A stretch of 64,000 nucleotides of DNA from Naegleria gruberi (taxonomy: Eukaryota), in the NCBI GenBank assembly GCA_000004985.1, contig GG738864.1; one strand, 5' to 3'. Shown piece after piece: positions 1 to 11,851 of this stretch. The translations under genes were made by a program, and so were the position numbers. Within the stretch, counting starts at the first letter, position 1, and every line of letters starts with the position of its first letter. The notes under the pieces are model-generated. The model saw nothing but the letters and a program-made list of their open reading frames with translations, did no database searches and had not been told where the DNA came from.

Positions 1-68
1 ATAATGATGAAAAAAAACAAATTTTACATCATGAATGGAAAGATGGATTTTCTTATATTCCCTATCCG

Positions 69-887
69 ATGGGAAATAATCAGATCATTCCACGAATTAT
101 TCATCAAACCTTTAAAAGTCAAACTAGAAATGAAATGACAAGTGGCATGAGGAATGCAACTTTATCCTTTGCATCCAATTTAAATTTTAAATATATTTAT
201 TATAACAATGATGCAGTTTTACAATTTTTAATTGACAATTATGGGGAAAATTCTGATGAATTTCACACGTTTAACAATATTATTCCATTTGCATATAAAA
301 TTGATTTTTGGAGATTGGCACTTTTATATAAAATTGGAGGTTACTATTCAGATGTTGATTCAGTTTTACTAAAAAAGGAATTGAATAGTTTAATTGAAAA
401 TAATGCAACAATGATTCTACCAGTTGGATATGCCACAGAATTTGTTTGGTTTGGATTTGATTTTGCCTTTATTGGAAGTGTACCTCAACATCCATTATTA
501 AGAATTGCCATGGACATGATTATTTATAATGTGAAAAATAAGTTCATTCCACAAGTTCCACAACGATTGAATGAAATTTGGTTTTTCAAATATTTCACAA
601 TTACAGGACCTGTTCTAATGGGAAAAGCATTTAATAGATTTATGAATGAACCTGATGAAGCTCCACATAATATTGTAAAGGGAAGAAGTTTGGGAATTCA
701 ATTTCTTGGATTTTGTGAAGTGAATGGCAGAAAGTATTTTACCACCATTCCACATCAGAGAAATATCAGGGAATGTAGAGGTGAAACTGTGATACAGTTT
801 GCCTATGATGAATATTGGGAGGAGAGATGGAAAACAAGTAAGCCATATTGGCGAAATGTTATTGAGGGAAAGATTTTTAATTCTTGA
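69..887 (+). CDS. Glycosyltransferase, GT32/OCH1-like sugar-binding region with DXD motif
   Basis: Track ORF of 272 aa. N-terminal IIHQTFKS block and a YSDVDS (DXD-type) motif are typical of the Gly_transf_sug family. ATG start. Ends in TGA, with TAA two codons later. Confidence 0.55.
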   Translation: MGNNQIIPRIIHQTFKSQTRNEMTSGMRNATLSFASNLNFKYIYYNNDAVLQFLIDNYGENSDEFHTFNNIIPFAYKIDFWRLALLYKIGGYYSDVDSVLLKKELNSLIENNATMILPVGYATEFVWFGFDFAFIGSVPQHPLLRIAMDMIIYNVKNKFIPQVPQRLNEIWFFKYFTITGPVLMGKAFNRFMNEPDEAPHNIVKGRSLGIQFLGFCEVNGRKYFTTIPHQRNIRECRGETVIQFAYDEYWEERWKTSKPYWRNVIEGKIFNS

Positions 888-1007
888 TATTAAATGTTTA
901 TTTTCAATGTTAATATATTGAAATATTCTAGAAATATGTGGTGATGGTATGCTTTCAAAGATGAGAAAATCTTTCAATTTATTAGTTAATTCACAGATCT
1001 TTAAAAA

Positions 1008-1981
1008 ATGGCACAATATGCATATCTGCAAAACAATTTCACAGAGATTAAAGATTTTATTATTCAACTAGCTGGTAAAACACCATGAGAATTTCTCCAA
1101 TTTATTGAAACTATACGATTTGAATCCGAAAGAATTTATTTGTCATGACGAAAGCAAACTATTCGAGAAATTTGAAATTGATATTAGTCATCATGATGAT
1201 CAACAAAATTATGAAGTTAAAACCATGTTGATGATTTACTTTTTTGGATTGTCAGAATTAGACAAGTATTCTCAACCAAACTTCCAAACAAAGTTTCGTA
1301 ATTTTATTAACAATATAATTCATGACAAATCACTCGCAGGAGAAGTAAATCTATTCGATACTGGAATTGAAACTTTGGAGAAACATCAACAGTTGATACT
1401 TCATTTGTACATTCGTTTGGCAATTGACATTAATAATTCTAAATGTGATTTAGGATTTGGTGGAGTCACTTCAATTCCACCAAGATGTCTTCTACTCACT
1501 CTCTCACAAAGTACTTTTGTGAAAAGAAATAAAAATTCTTGAGTGAAAATTCTGGTCAATTGTGGCAATTTACTGAGAGCGAAAGTTTTCTTTTTACAGA
1601 TATGATCAAATTTTCACATTTTGAATATGAAGCATGTGATCCAGTTGACGATCAAAAGGAACAATACGATCTGTCTGTTGCCAATATTTCACAAATTTCC
1701 ATTGAATGTTTGTATGACAAAATATGAAAATTGTGAAATTTCAAAGGAGATATTGGATGGATTATGTTACATTTCAGAGAAACACATTCCATTTCTTCAT
1801 TCATTGCTTCAATAATTACTTATTAGTGATTATTCAACAAAGAATAGTTGGAAAATATGTTTGGCTAATCAAACACAAGATATTACGAGTCATTGGTGCT
1901 TTATTTTCCAATGATGACCTCTTTATTGGAAAAGTTGACAATCATACACTTTCAATTGATGCAACCCAAAAAGACTGGTAA
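1008..1981 (+). other. Probable multi-exon gene or degenerate locus of unknown function; coding potential switches frame three times
   Basis: Abutting ORFs: frame 0 at 1008-1088, frame 1 at 1072-1542, frame 0 at 1539-1727, frame 2 at 1724-1981. Each frame boundary coincides with a TGA. Candidate small introns (GTAAAA...AAAG around 1074-1130) could join some of them. No homology recognised. Confidence 0.2.
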
Positions 1982-2111
1982 TTACAAAGAGAGTTTTACA
2001 AAAAATTCAAATTGAAATCGACGATGAATCAGAAGGATCACAACAAGAACATGATTCTGCGGATTCTGAAGATTATGAAGATGGAACTGATATATCAGAA
2101 GATGATATTTA

Positions 2112-4196
2112 TTACACTGATACTGAAACTTGTTGAGTTTCTTCTTCTGATTTCACAGCAGAAGTTGCTTCTGGAAGAGTTTCTTCTTTTTGAGATTTAA
2201 GTGCTTCCTTTTGTTCATGGAGTGATGGTTTGAACTTGGCAACAACCAAGTAAATGACACAAATCACTAATGAAACAACTGACATGAAGATACAAATTGT
2301 CATGAAACCAAATTCTGGTTGACCATTTTCCTTAAAACGATCAATAGCTTGAGAAAGTCCAAAGGCAATCAAAGTTGTCAAGATAATGTAACATGAGTAT
2401 AAGAAACTCATGACAGCTGCCAGCTCATTAACACCAGTCTTTTCGTTTGGTTCTTCAGACAGAGTTGATTGCAAATAAGCAACTTGAGAAATATCACCAG
2501 CAGCCCAAGAACCTGAAATTAACATCATGGCAGGAACCATACAAATAGCAAATATCAAGTTGTCATCAGTCTTTTCATTAAATGTCAAGAATGGGAAAAT
2601 CCACATCAAATTCAAAAACAAGCAATCCAAAACAATCCAAACTGTTGGAAGTTTCACCTTCTTGGCAAATATTAAGAGCATTCCAGCTCCACACAATTCA
2701 CCAAAGTTACTTCCACCCAACAGAATTCCAGAATAAGATCCCTTCTTGAGGATGTTCTTACTGTAAGCAGGGAGGAAGATATTTTCAATCAATCTATGGA
2801 GAACTTGTGGAATGACAAAGCATGGAATCAACCAAATGTAATATCTGTTGGTGAGGACTAATTTGGCACCAATGTACATGCTCTTGAAATAATTCTTGAT
2901 GACAGTTCCAATCTTTTTCAAAATTCTTAAAACTTTGTTGTTTGGTTGAGGAGTTGTTTCTTGAGCTGAGGTTGTAGGAGCAGATTCAGTTGAAGGAACA
3001 TTAACTTGTTCTTTGGTTTCAGAATCTTCAAAGATTTCAACTTCCTTCACAGTAATGAAGAAGAGGAAAATGGAAGCAGCAATGAAAAATACTGGAATGT
3101 GGAAGAGAGCAAAAATAGTTCCCATCTTTTCAATGAAAACACTTGATAAGAAGGCACCAACTGTACCTGCCAATTCATACGTTATGTGAACACCTGCATT
3201 AATTCTCTTCAGCACTGACGATTCATTATTACCTAAAATGGAAGCTGGTATAATCTTTCTCAAAACTTCCATCACACCAACGCTGAATCCAATGAAAATG
3301 TAAATAGGGAAGATAATCCAAGGAGTCCACCAACCAGCAGTGGTCAAAGTGCCACCTGTCGAAGCTTCCAAAATAATCATGACCACCACCAAAAGGGCAA
3401 AGAAAACCAAAGAAAGACAATACAATCTGGTAGCTCTAATAATTTTCAAGAGACCTTCAACAGTTGATGAAGAAATGGATTGAGCCAAACCAAATGAAAT
3501 TGTTAACAAGCTCAAAATTGTGGTAGCTCCCAAAGCATTTCCATCCAATCTATTCAAAATGGTCAACCCAATAGCTCCTGATAATGTTTCATATGAAAAT
3601 TTGAAACACATTGTACCTAGTAAGAATAATATCAGATTGGCAACTCTTCTCTTGAATCCCTTTGGCCTTTTCTTTTCAGTAGTTTGATCTTGTGTTTTGT
3701 GTGATTTGTGGTGGGTTTGATGTTGAAAATGATGAATTTGATTATCAGTGTGAACCATAGTTGGTAAAACGTTCTCGTTAAAGCAATCAAGCACATCATC
3801 AATATTATTGGCAACATTTTCTGAAGTATCCGAAACTGATGAACTCGATGTGATGGTATTAGTAGTAGTATTAGTTAATGTTACAGTGTGATTGTGATTA
3901 TGTTGGTGAATTAAATTCAATTGAGATGGAATTGTACAAAGTTTCAGATCTAAATCTGAAATATCATTTACATTGGTTTCTGGTGGAATATCTACATTTT
4001 CTGCTTCAAAAACAGCCCGTTCTTTAACTTGTTTAGATTCTGATTTGCCTAAATCAACAGCACGATGATTATCAGCAGTTGATTCTTCTGTTTGAGAATG
4101 CAAGTGAGGACTAGTCGATTCTTCAACGACAATAACTTGAATTGTTACTTCTTCTTCTTCTCTGTGTTGAGTACTATTTTCATTCGAAACAGTCAT
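2112..4196 (-). CDS. Polytopic membrane transporter, MFS-like, about 12 TM segments, with a long hydrophilic N-terminus (His/Thr-rich) and an acidic C-terminus
   Basis: 694 aa ORF with multiple hydrophobic helices (for example LILFLLGTMCF, IIFPIYIFIGFSVGV, VFFIAASIFLFFI). ATG preceded by in-frame TGA/TAG. TAA stop. Confidence 0.45.
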   Translation of the reverse strand: MTVSNENSTQHREEEEVTIQVIVVEESTSPHLHSQTEESTADNHRAVDLGKSESKQVKERAVFEAENVDIPPETNVNDISDLDLKLCTIPSQLNLIHQHNHNHTVTLTNTTTNTITSSSSVSDTSENVANNIDDVLDCFNENVLPTMVHTDNQIHHFQHQTHHKSHKTQDQTTEKKRPKGFKRRVANLILFLLGTMCFKFSYETLSGAIGLTILNRLDGNALGATTILSLLTISFGLAQSISSSTVEGLLKIIRATRLYCLSLVFFALLVVVMIILEASTGGTLTTAGWWTPWIIFPIYIFIGFSVGVMEVLRKIIPASILGNNESSVLKRINAGVHITYELAGTVGAFLSSVFIEKMGTIFALFHIPVFFIAASIFLFFITVKEVEIFEDSETKEQVNVPSTESAPTTSAQETTPQPNNKVLRILKKIGTVIKNYFKSMYIGAKLVLTNRYYIWLIPCFVIPQVLHRLIENIFLPAYSKNILKKGSYSGILLGGSNFGELCGAGMLLIFAKKVKLPTVWIVLDCLFLNLMWIFPFLTFNEKTDDNLIFAICMVPAMMLISGSWAAGDISQVAYLQSTLSEEPNEKTGVNELAAVMSFLYSCYIILTTLIAFGLSQAIDRFKENGQPEFGFMTICIFMSVVSLVICVIYLVVAKFKPSLHEQKEALKSQKEETLPEATSAVKSEEETQQVSVSV

Positions 4197-4753
4197 CTTG
4201 AATATAACTGATAATGCGCTCTATCACTTCTTTGTTCTTTGAAAACAAGTGGTGTTTCGATTTCAAGTTGTTTTTTTAGATATTGTTAATATTTTCATAA
4301 GATCTCAATTAAGATTTTCAACTTATCCATTGGTGCTCAATATGATCATCATCATCACCAGGTTTTTTATTAAAATAACGGACCGAGTATGGACCTCATT
4401 GTTGATGCAACAAAAACATGCGAATTACTATTCTAACAAGTTATTTTCCTCAATCGTGCCTGATGATGCGATAAAGCTGAAGATATATGACATATGTTGA
4501 GGTGCATACTAATGGTTGGTACCTGTTTTATTTTGTCTATTTCTCAATGGATAGAAATTTTCCTCAATAGTGCGCGATATGTTTTTTTGCTGTTTGATGG
4601 TTTCTATTTTTGTAATGGCGGTGTGACTTTAGAATTTGGCGCCATACTAACAAAATTTCAGTTTAATGCTGTAGTTGCGGACTTGGAAATCGAATGAAAC
4701 TTTTACAAAGTATCAAGTTTTTGAAAGTTTAGAATAAGAAGATATTGAGATTT

Positions 4754-5707
4754 TTATTGATTCTTTGAATGTTTCCAACATTGATAGCACAATTGACCAT
4801 TTTCCAAGAAATTCAAATGCTTTGGTCTCCATCCCAAAACTTCCATTGCCTTTCTTGGGTTTACAATAACTGAATTTTCACACATTTCAGCTAACAAATC
4901 ATTTTGTGGAATTGGCTCAACTTGGAGGGAATCTTCTTCTCTGTGTGGTGAGCTTGGTTTCCATCCAGTTAGTTTGGCTAATTCAATTCTGAGATGACCA
5001 AATTCTGGATGATCGTTCAATGCAGTCACATTGAAAACTTGACCTGAAATTAAGTTTCTGCCAACTGTCAAGACTTTGACGTATGCTTCACTGAGATCAT
5101 CAACGTGTACCCAACTCCATTTCTTGTGTGGAGAACCAATTACGATAAGCTTATTGTCAGAAGTGATTTTAGGTTTGAAATAATCTTCGAATATACCTCC
5201 ACCACTTTTGCCATATACGAAACCGGGACGAATCACAACATTATCCAAATGCTTGTATTGCTCATTAAGCAATTTGAATTCTACCTCTCTTCTCTTATCC
5301 AGAGCAGGATGATTAGGTCTTTGAGGAAAAGTTTCGTCTACAATCGTATCATTTGTTCCATACGTCAAGATTCCACTCGTAAAAAGAAACAATAATTTAG
5401 GATGTTGTTTCTTAAACCGTTCAGCAGCATGTTCTTGAATTAACTGAATCATTTTCTCAGTATCATTGCTCAATCCAACACAATCAAGAATTGCACTTGT
5501 TCTCCACAATAAATTCTCATACTTCTCATCAGTGAATAATTGAGTAACGTTGGGCAAGATGAGTGGAGTAATTTCATTCGACCACATGAGATGTTCATGT
5601 TTATCTGAACGAACGGCTCCATGAACTGTAAAACCATTTCTTTGAAGTGCCTGAGCAACTCCCAATCCAATGTAACCATTGGCGCCAAGGACAATAACGG
5701 TGGACAT
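4754..5707 (-). CDS. NAD(P)-binding Rossmann-fold protein of the NmrA/epimerase-dehydratase (atypical SDR) family
   Basis: MSTVIVLGANGYIGLGVAQAL glycine-rich dinucleotide-binding motif at the N-terminus. The track ORF extends upstream to 5797, but the first ATG giving a canonical start is near 5707. TAA stop. Confidence 0.55.
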   Translation of the reverse strand: MSTVIVLGANGYIGLGVAQALQRNGFTVHGAVRSDKHEHLMWSNEITPLILPNVTQLFTDEKYENLLWRTSAILDCVGLSNDTEKMIQLIQEHAAERFKKQHPKLLFLFTSGILTYGTNDTIVDETFPQRPNHPALDKRREVEFKLLNEQYKHLDNVVIRPGFVYGKSGGGIFEDYFKPKITSDNKLIVIGSPHKKWSWVHVDDLSEAYVKVLTVGRNLISGQVFNVTALNDHPEFGHLRIELAKLTGWKPSSPHREEDSLQVEPIPQNDLLAEMCENSVIVNPRKAMEVLGWRPKHLNFLENGQLCYQCWKHSKNQ

Positions 5708-5901
5708 TTTGTTTGGTTTTCGAAATTTGTTTTGAAAATTCAGAGATTCTTTAAATAGTTCATTTGTGTCCCAGGAATGTACAATTTCCATTCCCAAATT
5801 CTTTTAAACTCCATAAAAAGAACTTGCCAAAATCAAATTCTGAATTTTTACAATTTTTTTTCAAACACACAAAAATTTGTTCGAGCGATCACTAAACTTT
5901 T

Positions 5902-7164
5902 TTGGTGGCAAAAAACGAAACTCTGAAAAATCCACACAAAAAAATGTCTGAATATCCTACCATGACATCGTCCTCAGTGGCATTGCCTCGCCACCAATCC
6001 AACAATAATTCGGCCAACAAACGAACCATCCATCAAGTAGTGGTCGAAACCAGACCACCTCAAACTCCATCACTGGACGAAATTAGTGATGGTGTTGAAG
6101 ATGAGCTTAATACCACAATTAATACTCATCCACAAACACAACCAATGAAAAAGTATAAATTTGATTTGGAAATTAATAGAATTGATGATGAAGATAATCA
6201 AGATGATGAAATTGGTTGTTCCGAAAAGATTGAAGATGAAGATGAAGAAGAACAAGAATTGAAACCAAGACAAAGTTTTACTCAAGAAAATACGACACCA
6301 AATGTTGATGATATTGAGATGGAGGTAGATAATGAAGAAGATCCATCGATCAGTGAAAAGAATGATGGAGGAAATAATCAAGATTTAAACAATGATGTTG
6401 CTGCAGGACAGGAACAGGAAACACAAGGTAATGATGATGGAAATGGTTTGGAAATTCCTCAACCAATCGAAACTGGCCATACTAACCATGGAATGTTGAA
6501 TTATTTTGAAGATTTTGCATTAGAGATGGATAGCTCTGGACGAGTTTATTTTGAAGTGGAGATTTGTCATCAGACACCTTTGGTTGAGGATGAAGTTTCA
6601 TTCGAGATTGGAATTTGTAATAGTAATGAAGAATTGATAGCTATGAATAATTGTGGAAAAGTTCAATTGAATATGGAAAGTGTCATGGATATGGGAGTTG
6701 GATTGTTGAAAGAGAATGATGTAGTTGGTGTGCTTTTCAGTTTTGGAAAGATTTACTTTGTGCACAATGGAAAGAGAATTGCTCATGGTTTTGATTGGAA
6801 AGATATTCAGAATAGTTCTGGAAAGATTGTTTGTAGAAATAACTCTCAAAAGTTCTGTATTAAGAATAATAATTTTCTCTATTCTGGATATAGGAAAGTA
6901 TCAGGAAAGGATGATGCTCTTTCTGCTGCCATTAAAACTCCATTCACTGAGGTGATTCAGAAAATTACTCAACTCGAGATGGATTATTTAGTGAAAGAGA
7001 AGGAGAATAGAGAAATGAAATTATTCCACAATAATTTGAGTGCTAGAATGACGTTGAGTGAAGAGGAAGTTTCTCAACTTTCTGATATTAATATTTTCAA
7101 TTTGCAAAGCGTTATTCTTCAATCAATGACCTTGTTAAATGATGAGCTGAAAAATCGTAAATAA
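5902..7164 (+). CDS. SPRY (B30.2-like) domain protein with acidic, low-complexity N-terminal half
   Basis: 420 aa. C-terminal region VYFEVEI...GICNSNEE...GVLFSFGKIYFVHNGKRIAHGF matches SPRY beta-sandwich motifs. D/E-rich N-terminus. Confidence 0.5.
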   Translation: MVAKNETLKNPHKKMSEYPTMTSSSVALPRHQSNNNSANKRTIHQVVVETRPPQTPSLDEISDGVEDELNTTINTHPQTQPMKKYKFDLEINRIDDEDNQDDEIGCSEKIEDEDEEEQELKPRQSFTQENTTPNVDDIEMEVDNEEDPSISEKNDGGNNQDLNNDVAAGQEQETQGNDDGNGLEIPQPIETGHTNHGMLNYFEDFALEMDSSGRVYFEVEICHQTPLVEDEVSFEIGICNSNEELIAMNNCGKVQLNMESVMDMGVGLLKENDVVGVLFSFGKIYFVHNGKRIAHGFDWKDIQNSSGKIVCRNNSQKFCIKNNNFLYSGYRKVSGKDDALSAAIKTPFTEVIQKITQLEMDYLVKEKENREMKLFHNNLSARMTLSEEEVSQLSDINIFNLQSVILQSMTLLNDELKNRK

Positions 7165-7241
7165 GCAGAGCTCTCTACATTATAGAGTTTCAATAATCAG
7201 TTTGAAAATGAATTTCAATTTATAATATACAATACACCTTC

Positions 7242-9095
7242 TTATTCTGAAACAGAAGCTCCTTTTCTTCTCATTACCAAATTACCAATCATGTACTTGG
7301 TAGTCAGAGTTTGAGCAATAGTTCCAATACCATCCACACCAATCTTTTCATTGTTACCAATATCGACACGTTTGAGAGTTTTGTGATCGATAAGAGCCTT
7401 GACTAAACTCTTGGCACCTGCATTATCGAATGGATTTCCGTGTAAACTCAAATCCTTGAGTCCTCTATTGTAAAGGATACCGTCATTACATAAACGAATA
7501 AGACCCTCTGATCCAATAGCATTGAATGACAAGTCCAAAGTTGCCAATGTCTTATTGGCCTTCAATCCTTCAGCGAGAGCTGAGCAACCTTCATCTCCAA
7601 TATTATTATGACCCAAATCCAAACGTTTGAGAAGTGAATTTGAGCATAGAGCTTTGGAAATTGATTTGGCACCATCTGAACCGACTCTATTATAGGAAAT
7701 ATCAAGTCTTTTGAGTGAAACATTGCCTAGTAAGAGATCGCTCAAATAAACACAACCAACATTTCCAATATTATTATGTGAAAGAGTTAATCTCTTCAAT
7801 GTAATGTTAATAAATAGACCGTCTATTAAATCACAAATACCAAAATCAGAAATCAAGTTAAATGACATATCAAGTGAAGTAATAGTTTGATTATCAGCCA
7901 AACCATGGGCCAATAACTTTAAATGTTCATCACCAACATTACAATTGACAATGGATAAACTCTTGAGTGAAACTCTAGAACTTTGAATACAGGTTGTAGT
8001 AAGAGCTTTCAAATCTGAAATTGTGAAAGGATCTTCACCTTCCAAAACTAATTTTTCAATATTAGATTCACGTTTAGCATCATTTTCCTTGTCTTCATCT
8101 GAAGAAGTATCAATAGCAGCAACTGCAGTCAATAACATAACAACAGACAAGAGTGGTCTCTCAACTCCACAAATTTTACAATCGACAAAGTAATCCTCAA
8201 CGAAAATACAAGCTCTAATTCTCTTAACCCAATCCTTGGCATCTTGCATACTTGGAGCAGCCATAAACAGTTCACGATCAGCTGCAATAACACAAAACTT
8301 GTACTTGTAGGCATTGCTTTCGAGTTTTCTTTGAATTTTTGATTGATCACCTCCACCTGCTGAGCTTTCATTATTTGCAGATGATGAATTGGATCCCTTA
8401 GTATTGGTTTCTTCATCTTCATCATCACTATCTAAATCTTCATTATCTAAAACTGTATTAATTCTAATAGTTTGAAAGAAACTATCATAATTTTGAATAT
8501 CTCCCAAATAATAAACTTGAGCTCCCTTCAAATCCATTCTACCTTTGACATCATTTTCATTCTTTTTAGCATTTTTGAAATAGGTCAACACTGAACCTTT
8601 AATTTGGAAATAACGCTATTTACACATTCATCACAAATTTCACATAAATTTCACATAAATTGTTATTCGAAATACATTATTAAAATAAATTTTCATCAAA
8701 TTCAATTTAAATTTCATCACCAATCATCATTATAACCACAATACAAATTACACATTTCATACGAAACTCAACTAAACACTTACCTTCTTCCAACTCTTCA
8801 CCACACGTCCTTCCTTTATCAAAAACCCTTCCTTCCACACTTTTTCATTATATTCCGTATAAATATCGAATCCCTGTGATCCAGGTGTACCAACAGGACT
8901 CGAAGGAGAAGACAAATCATGATTTGAATTTGTTCTGGAAATTGTTTGCAAAGTTGTTGGAGTAATTTGTGAAGTTCCACCGAGGTAGGAAAATCCGCTG
9001 CCACTTCCTTGTTTTTGTAGAGGTGAAGTGGTAGTTGGTGATCCTGTTGGTGTAGAGCTGCCTGAATCCTTCTTCTTGTTGAAGATGCTACGCAT
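7242..9095 (-). CDS. PH-domain plus ribonuclease-inhibitor-type LRR protein, two exons (exon 1 about 8784-9095, exon 2 7242-8605)
   Basis: Exon 1 ends ...WKEGFLIKEGRVVKSWKK then GTAAGT. Exon 2 resumes ...KGSVLTYFKNAKK, completing a PH-domain start. The C-terminal half has repeated LxxLxLxxNxIGxxG units (RNI/NLRC-like). The alternate-frame ORF 8819-9190 is rejected. Confidence 0.55.
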
Positions 9096-9274
9096 TTTTT
9101 TTTAAATGGTTTGATGACACGTGACAGTTTGTTAAGTGGATGAACAGATATGAGTGAAAGGCAAGATTGAGGATGATGATCTGGTGACACACTAGTAGGG
9201 TAAATGAAACGAATCGTTTTTTAACATTGTTTACAATTATAAATATTTTTGTAACATGTTAAATATGTTTAAAT

Positions 9275-10219
9275 ATGTTTAACATATATTTAATTGCCTT
9301 TTATCAAGTATTTAACAAATATTTAAATATTTTAAAAAAAATGAACAAAAGCCAACCACAAGAATTTATTCATCAAAATAGCAACAAAGAATTTAAAGAT
9401 GATAATGATGAAAAAGTAAAAACAATTAAAACTCAAGTCGGAGTGGATAATATTGCAATTTCAAAGAGTTCGGAATATTCTCTTTTTGATTGGTTTAATT
9501 ATTGGTTTAGGGGAATTACCTTGTCTGTTTCAACATTTGGAGCAGTGAGTAATCCTCATAAATATATTGAAAAACAAGGAGATTTATTACCTGATAGGCT
9601 GTCTCATGATTTCTATTCGAGAATTTATCGATTTAATAAGGAGGAGTATGTGGATGCTATTGTAAATGCAAAAGATGATGTACATGCCCCACTCACTCAC
9701 AACTATGAAGATTGCATGCAAGCAAGGAGAGGAATGACAATATTTGGAGTCGTCTCGGGTGGAATTTTTGGATCTGCCTTTGCCTATGCAAAGAATTTTG
9801 GTACAATTACCAATAGAAAGAGATATTTGCCTTATACATTGAGTGGAGTGTTGATTGGATTTACAATGTTTAGATTTGTGATTGCTCCAAGAACTGAGAG
9901 TTGTTTTGAGCAAATTATAAATCAAGCTCTTTCAGAGAGAATTATTACAAAGGGATACAATAACATGATGGAATACTATAAACAAAACGAGAAACCAAAG
10001 ATGGTGAATTGGAGTGACTATGAACTCGATAAGGAGCAACAGGACTATCTCAATACCAAAATGAGAGAACACATGCTCAATGCAATGAAGAAGGCTGGAT
10101 GTAATAAGGAAAGTATTGAATCTTTCACTGATGGTAATGAACTGGTGTGGAAGCAACATTTGGATGTCAATTTTAAAAGAAAATATCCATCTCATAGAAA
10201 GTATTTCGAGTTTTTATAA
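9275..10219 (+). CDS. Hypothetical protein with one predicted hydrophobic segment
   Basis: 314 aa track ORF. First ATG near 9341 (MNKSQPQEF). Gly-rich hydrophobic stretch IFGVVSGGIFGSAFAYA. No family recognised. Confidence 0.3.
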   Translation: MFNIYLIAFYQVFNKYLNILKKMNKSQPQEFIHQNSNKEFKDDNDEKVKTIKTQVGVDNIAISKSSEYSLFDWFNYWFRGITLSVSTFGAVSNPHKYIEKQGDLLPDRLSHDFYSRIYRFNKEEYVDAIVNAKDDVHAPLTHNYEDCMQARRGMTIFGVVSGGIFGSAFAYAKNFGTITNRKRYLPYTLSGVLIGFTMFRFVIAPRTESCFEQIINQALSERIITKGYNNMMEYYKQNEKPKMVNWSDYELDKEQQDYLNTKMREHMLNAMKKAGCNKESIESFTDGNELVWKQHLDVNFKRKYPSHRKYFEFL

Positions 10220-10231
10220 ACATTAATTATT

Positions 10232-11449
10232 TTACACTTCTTGTGATTTCTTTTCCTCACTTGTTGATGAAACAGGAGTGGAATCTTCTGTTTCTCTTAC
10301 TTGCAAGGAAGTATCCTCGATCGTTGATTCAAGATCTTTAGATCTCACATCATCATTAGTTGCCACTGGTAAATACATTTCCTTCTTTAATTTTTCCATT
10401 TCCTCCTTATATTTAAAGTAAGAGTAAGCAATAGTTCCTAATACAGCAACAGCTATTCCAACAATATGATTAACATTCATTGGTTTATCATTTCCAAAGA
10501 ATAAATATCCTCCAATAAGAATAGAAATAGTTTTAGCATGTCCTAAAACTTGGAAGCTAATAAAAGTTAAATCCAACTGTTGTAATAATATCAAAATACA
10601 TACGTAAGTGGTGATAATTTACCAATTACCAAGTAACCAGCAATATTCACAACAAAAGCAGCAAAGCATGAAATGATTACAGAAATCTGATTTGATTAGT
10701 TGGAGATTTGAAATGAAAAACTTACGAAAAATGATGGATCTTGGATGAATCTCATAAAGCTATATGAAATTGAATCAACACCATCAATTGGAACTGCCAA
10801 AGAACCAACTAGAATTGATGAATACAATGAATGGTTCAATAATAATTCAAAACCATTGAGTTCATATTCTTTACAAAAGTAATTGATGGCCTTTAAGAAA
10901 TTAGAATGAATAATCTTTTTAAATACTCACAATCTGAGATGATGCTCCAAAAATGATTGCCAACAATGCAATGATCGATCCGAAAAAGTTTAAATAGAAA
11001 TCTCCTCCAATAACTAAAGCCATTCCTAAAACAATTAACATTAAACAGGCCAAAATCTTTGGTTCTACAACAGTACGGAACCAAACATAATTAATAGCAA
11101 GAATACATGGAATTACCATCAATTTAGCCAGCTGATAAACAGTGATGGAATTGTGAATTAAACTCAAGTTTCCTACGAGAATGGCCGAACCAATATTCAA
11201 TGCAAAGATTATTCCTGTCCTCACTGGTAATATTTTAGCTTTAAACAATTGAATGATCGGGTTGGATGAAACTCTTGTTAACAAAGTCAACAAGATGGAA
11301 ATTATATAGCATGATAAAAAGTGCAAAGCCATGAGCATTGTACCAGCCACTCGTTTATCCGTATAAATATACTTGTTCAGAAATATAATAGCCACACTAC
11401 TCGCATAGGAAAATAGCAAATAGCCAGCTTCTTGATATATTTTCGACAT
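10232..11449 (-). CDS. SLC35 / triose-phosphate-translocator-family nucleotide-sugar transporter, multi-exon
   Basis: 5' exon 10919-11449 and 3' exon 10232-10594 with at least two small exons between (GTGAGT and GTAAGT donors). Translations have TPT/EamA-like TM helices (…LIGGYLFFGNDK…). Confidence 0.5.
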
Positions 11450-11851
11450 TTTAAAGTATTTACAAAAATAATCCTAGATAAATTATGATATATCGTAATG
11501 ATGATGATGATGATATTTAATAAATTAAAATTTAAATCCAATGAAAGCCACAAAAAGTACCCAATGATCGCTGTCCTTTGTGTGGCTTCTTTTTTTTAAA
11601 AAGTTTAAAACTCTTCCAATGTCATTTCCCGCCCTAGAAAATAATGACAGTATCAAAATTTGAACAGCACACGTAACTTACCACATCATCATCACCAGAA
11701 GAAAGTGTTGTTGGGGCTGCTGATTATTGCATCTAGTGTATTGAAAGCAATTTGATTGCTGAGTTTTCATTCGGACTCCAATGATCTACTGTATTAAGGG
11801 CATTCATTGTACAATGATGAAGGAGATGGCAATTATGAAATTTCCAGAAAT

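Noticed and set aside
1105-1981. Programmed -1 ribosomal frameshifting to explain the consecutive frame switches
   Set aside because: No slippery heptamer or downstream pseudoknot recognised at the junctions. Small introns or degeneration are simpler explanations. Kept only as a low-confidence 'other' feature.
8819-9190. 123-aa ORF on the minus strand overlapping exon 1 of the PH-LRR gene in another frame
   Set aside because: Alternate-frame reading of the same exon. The PH-domain frame has clear homology and splices correctly to the downstream exon.
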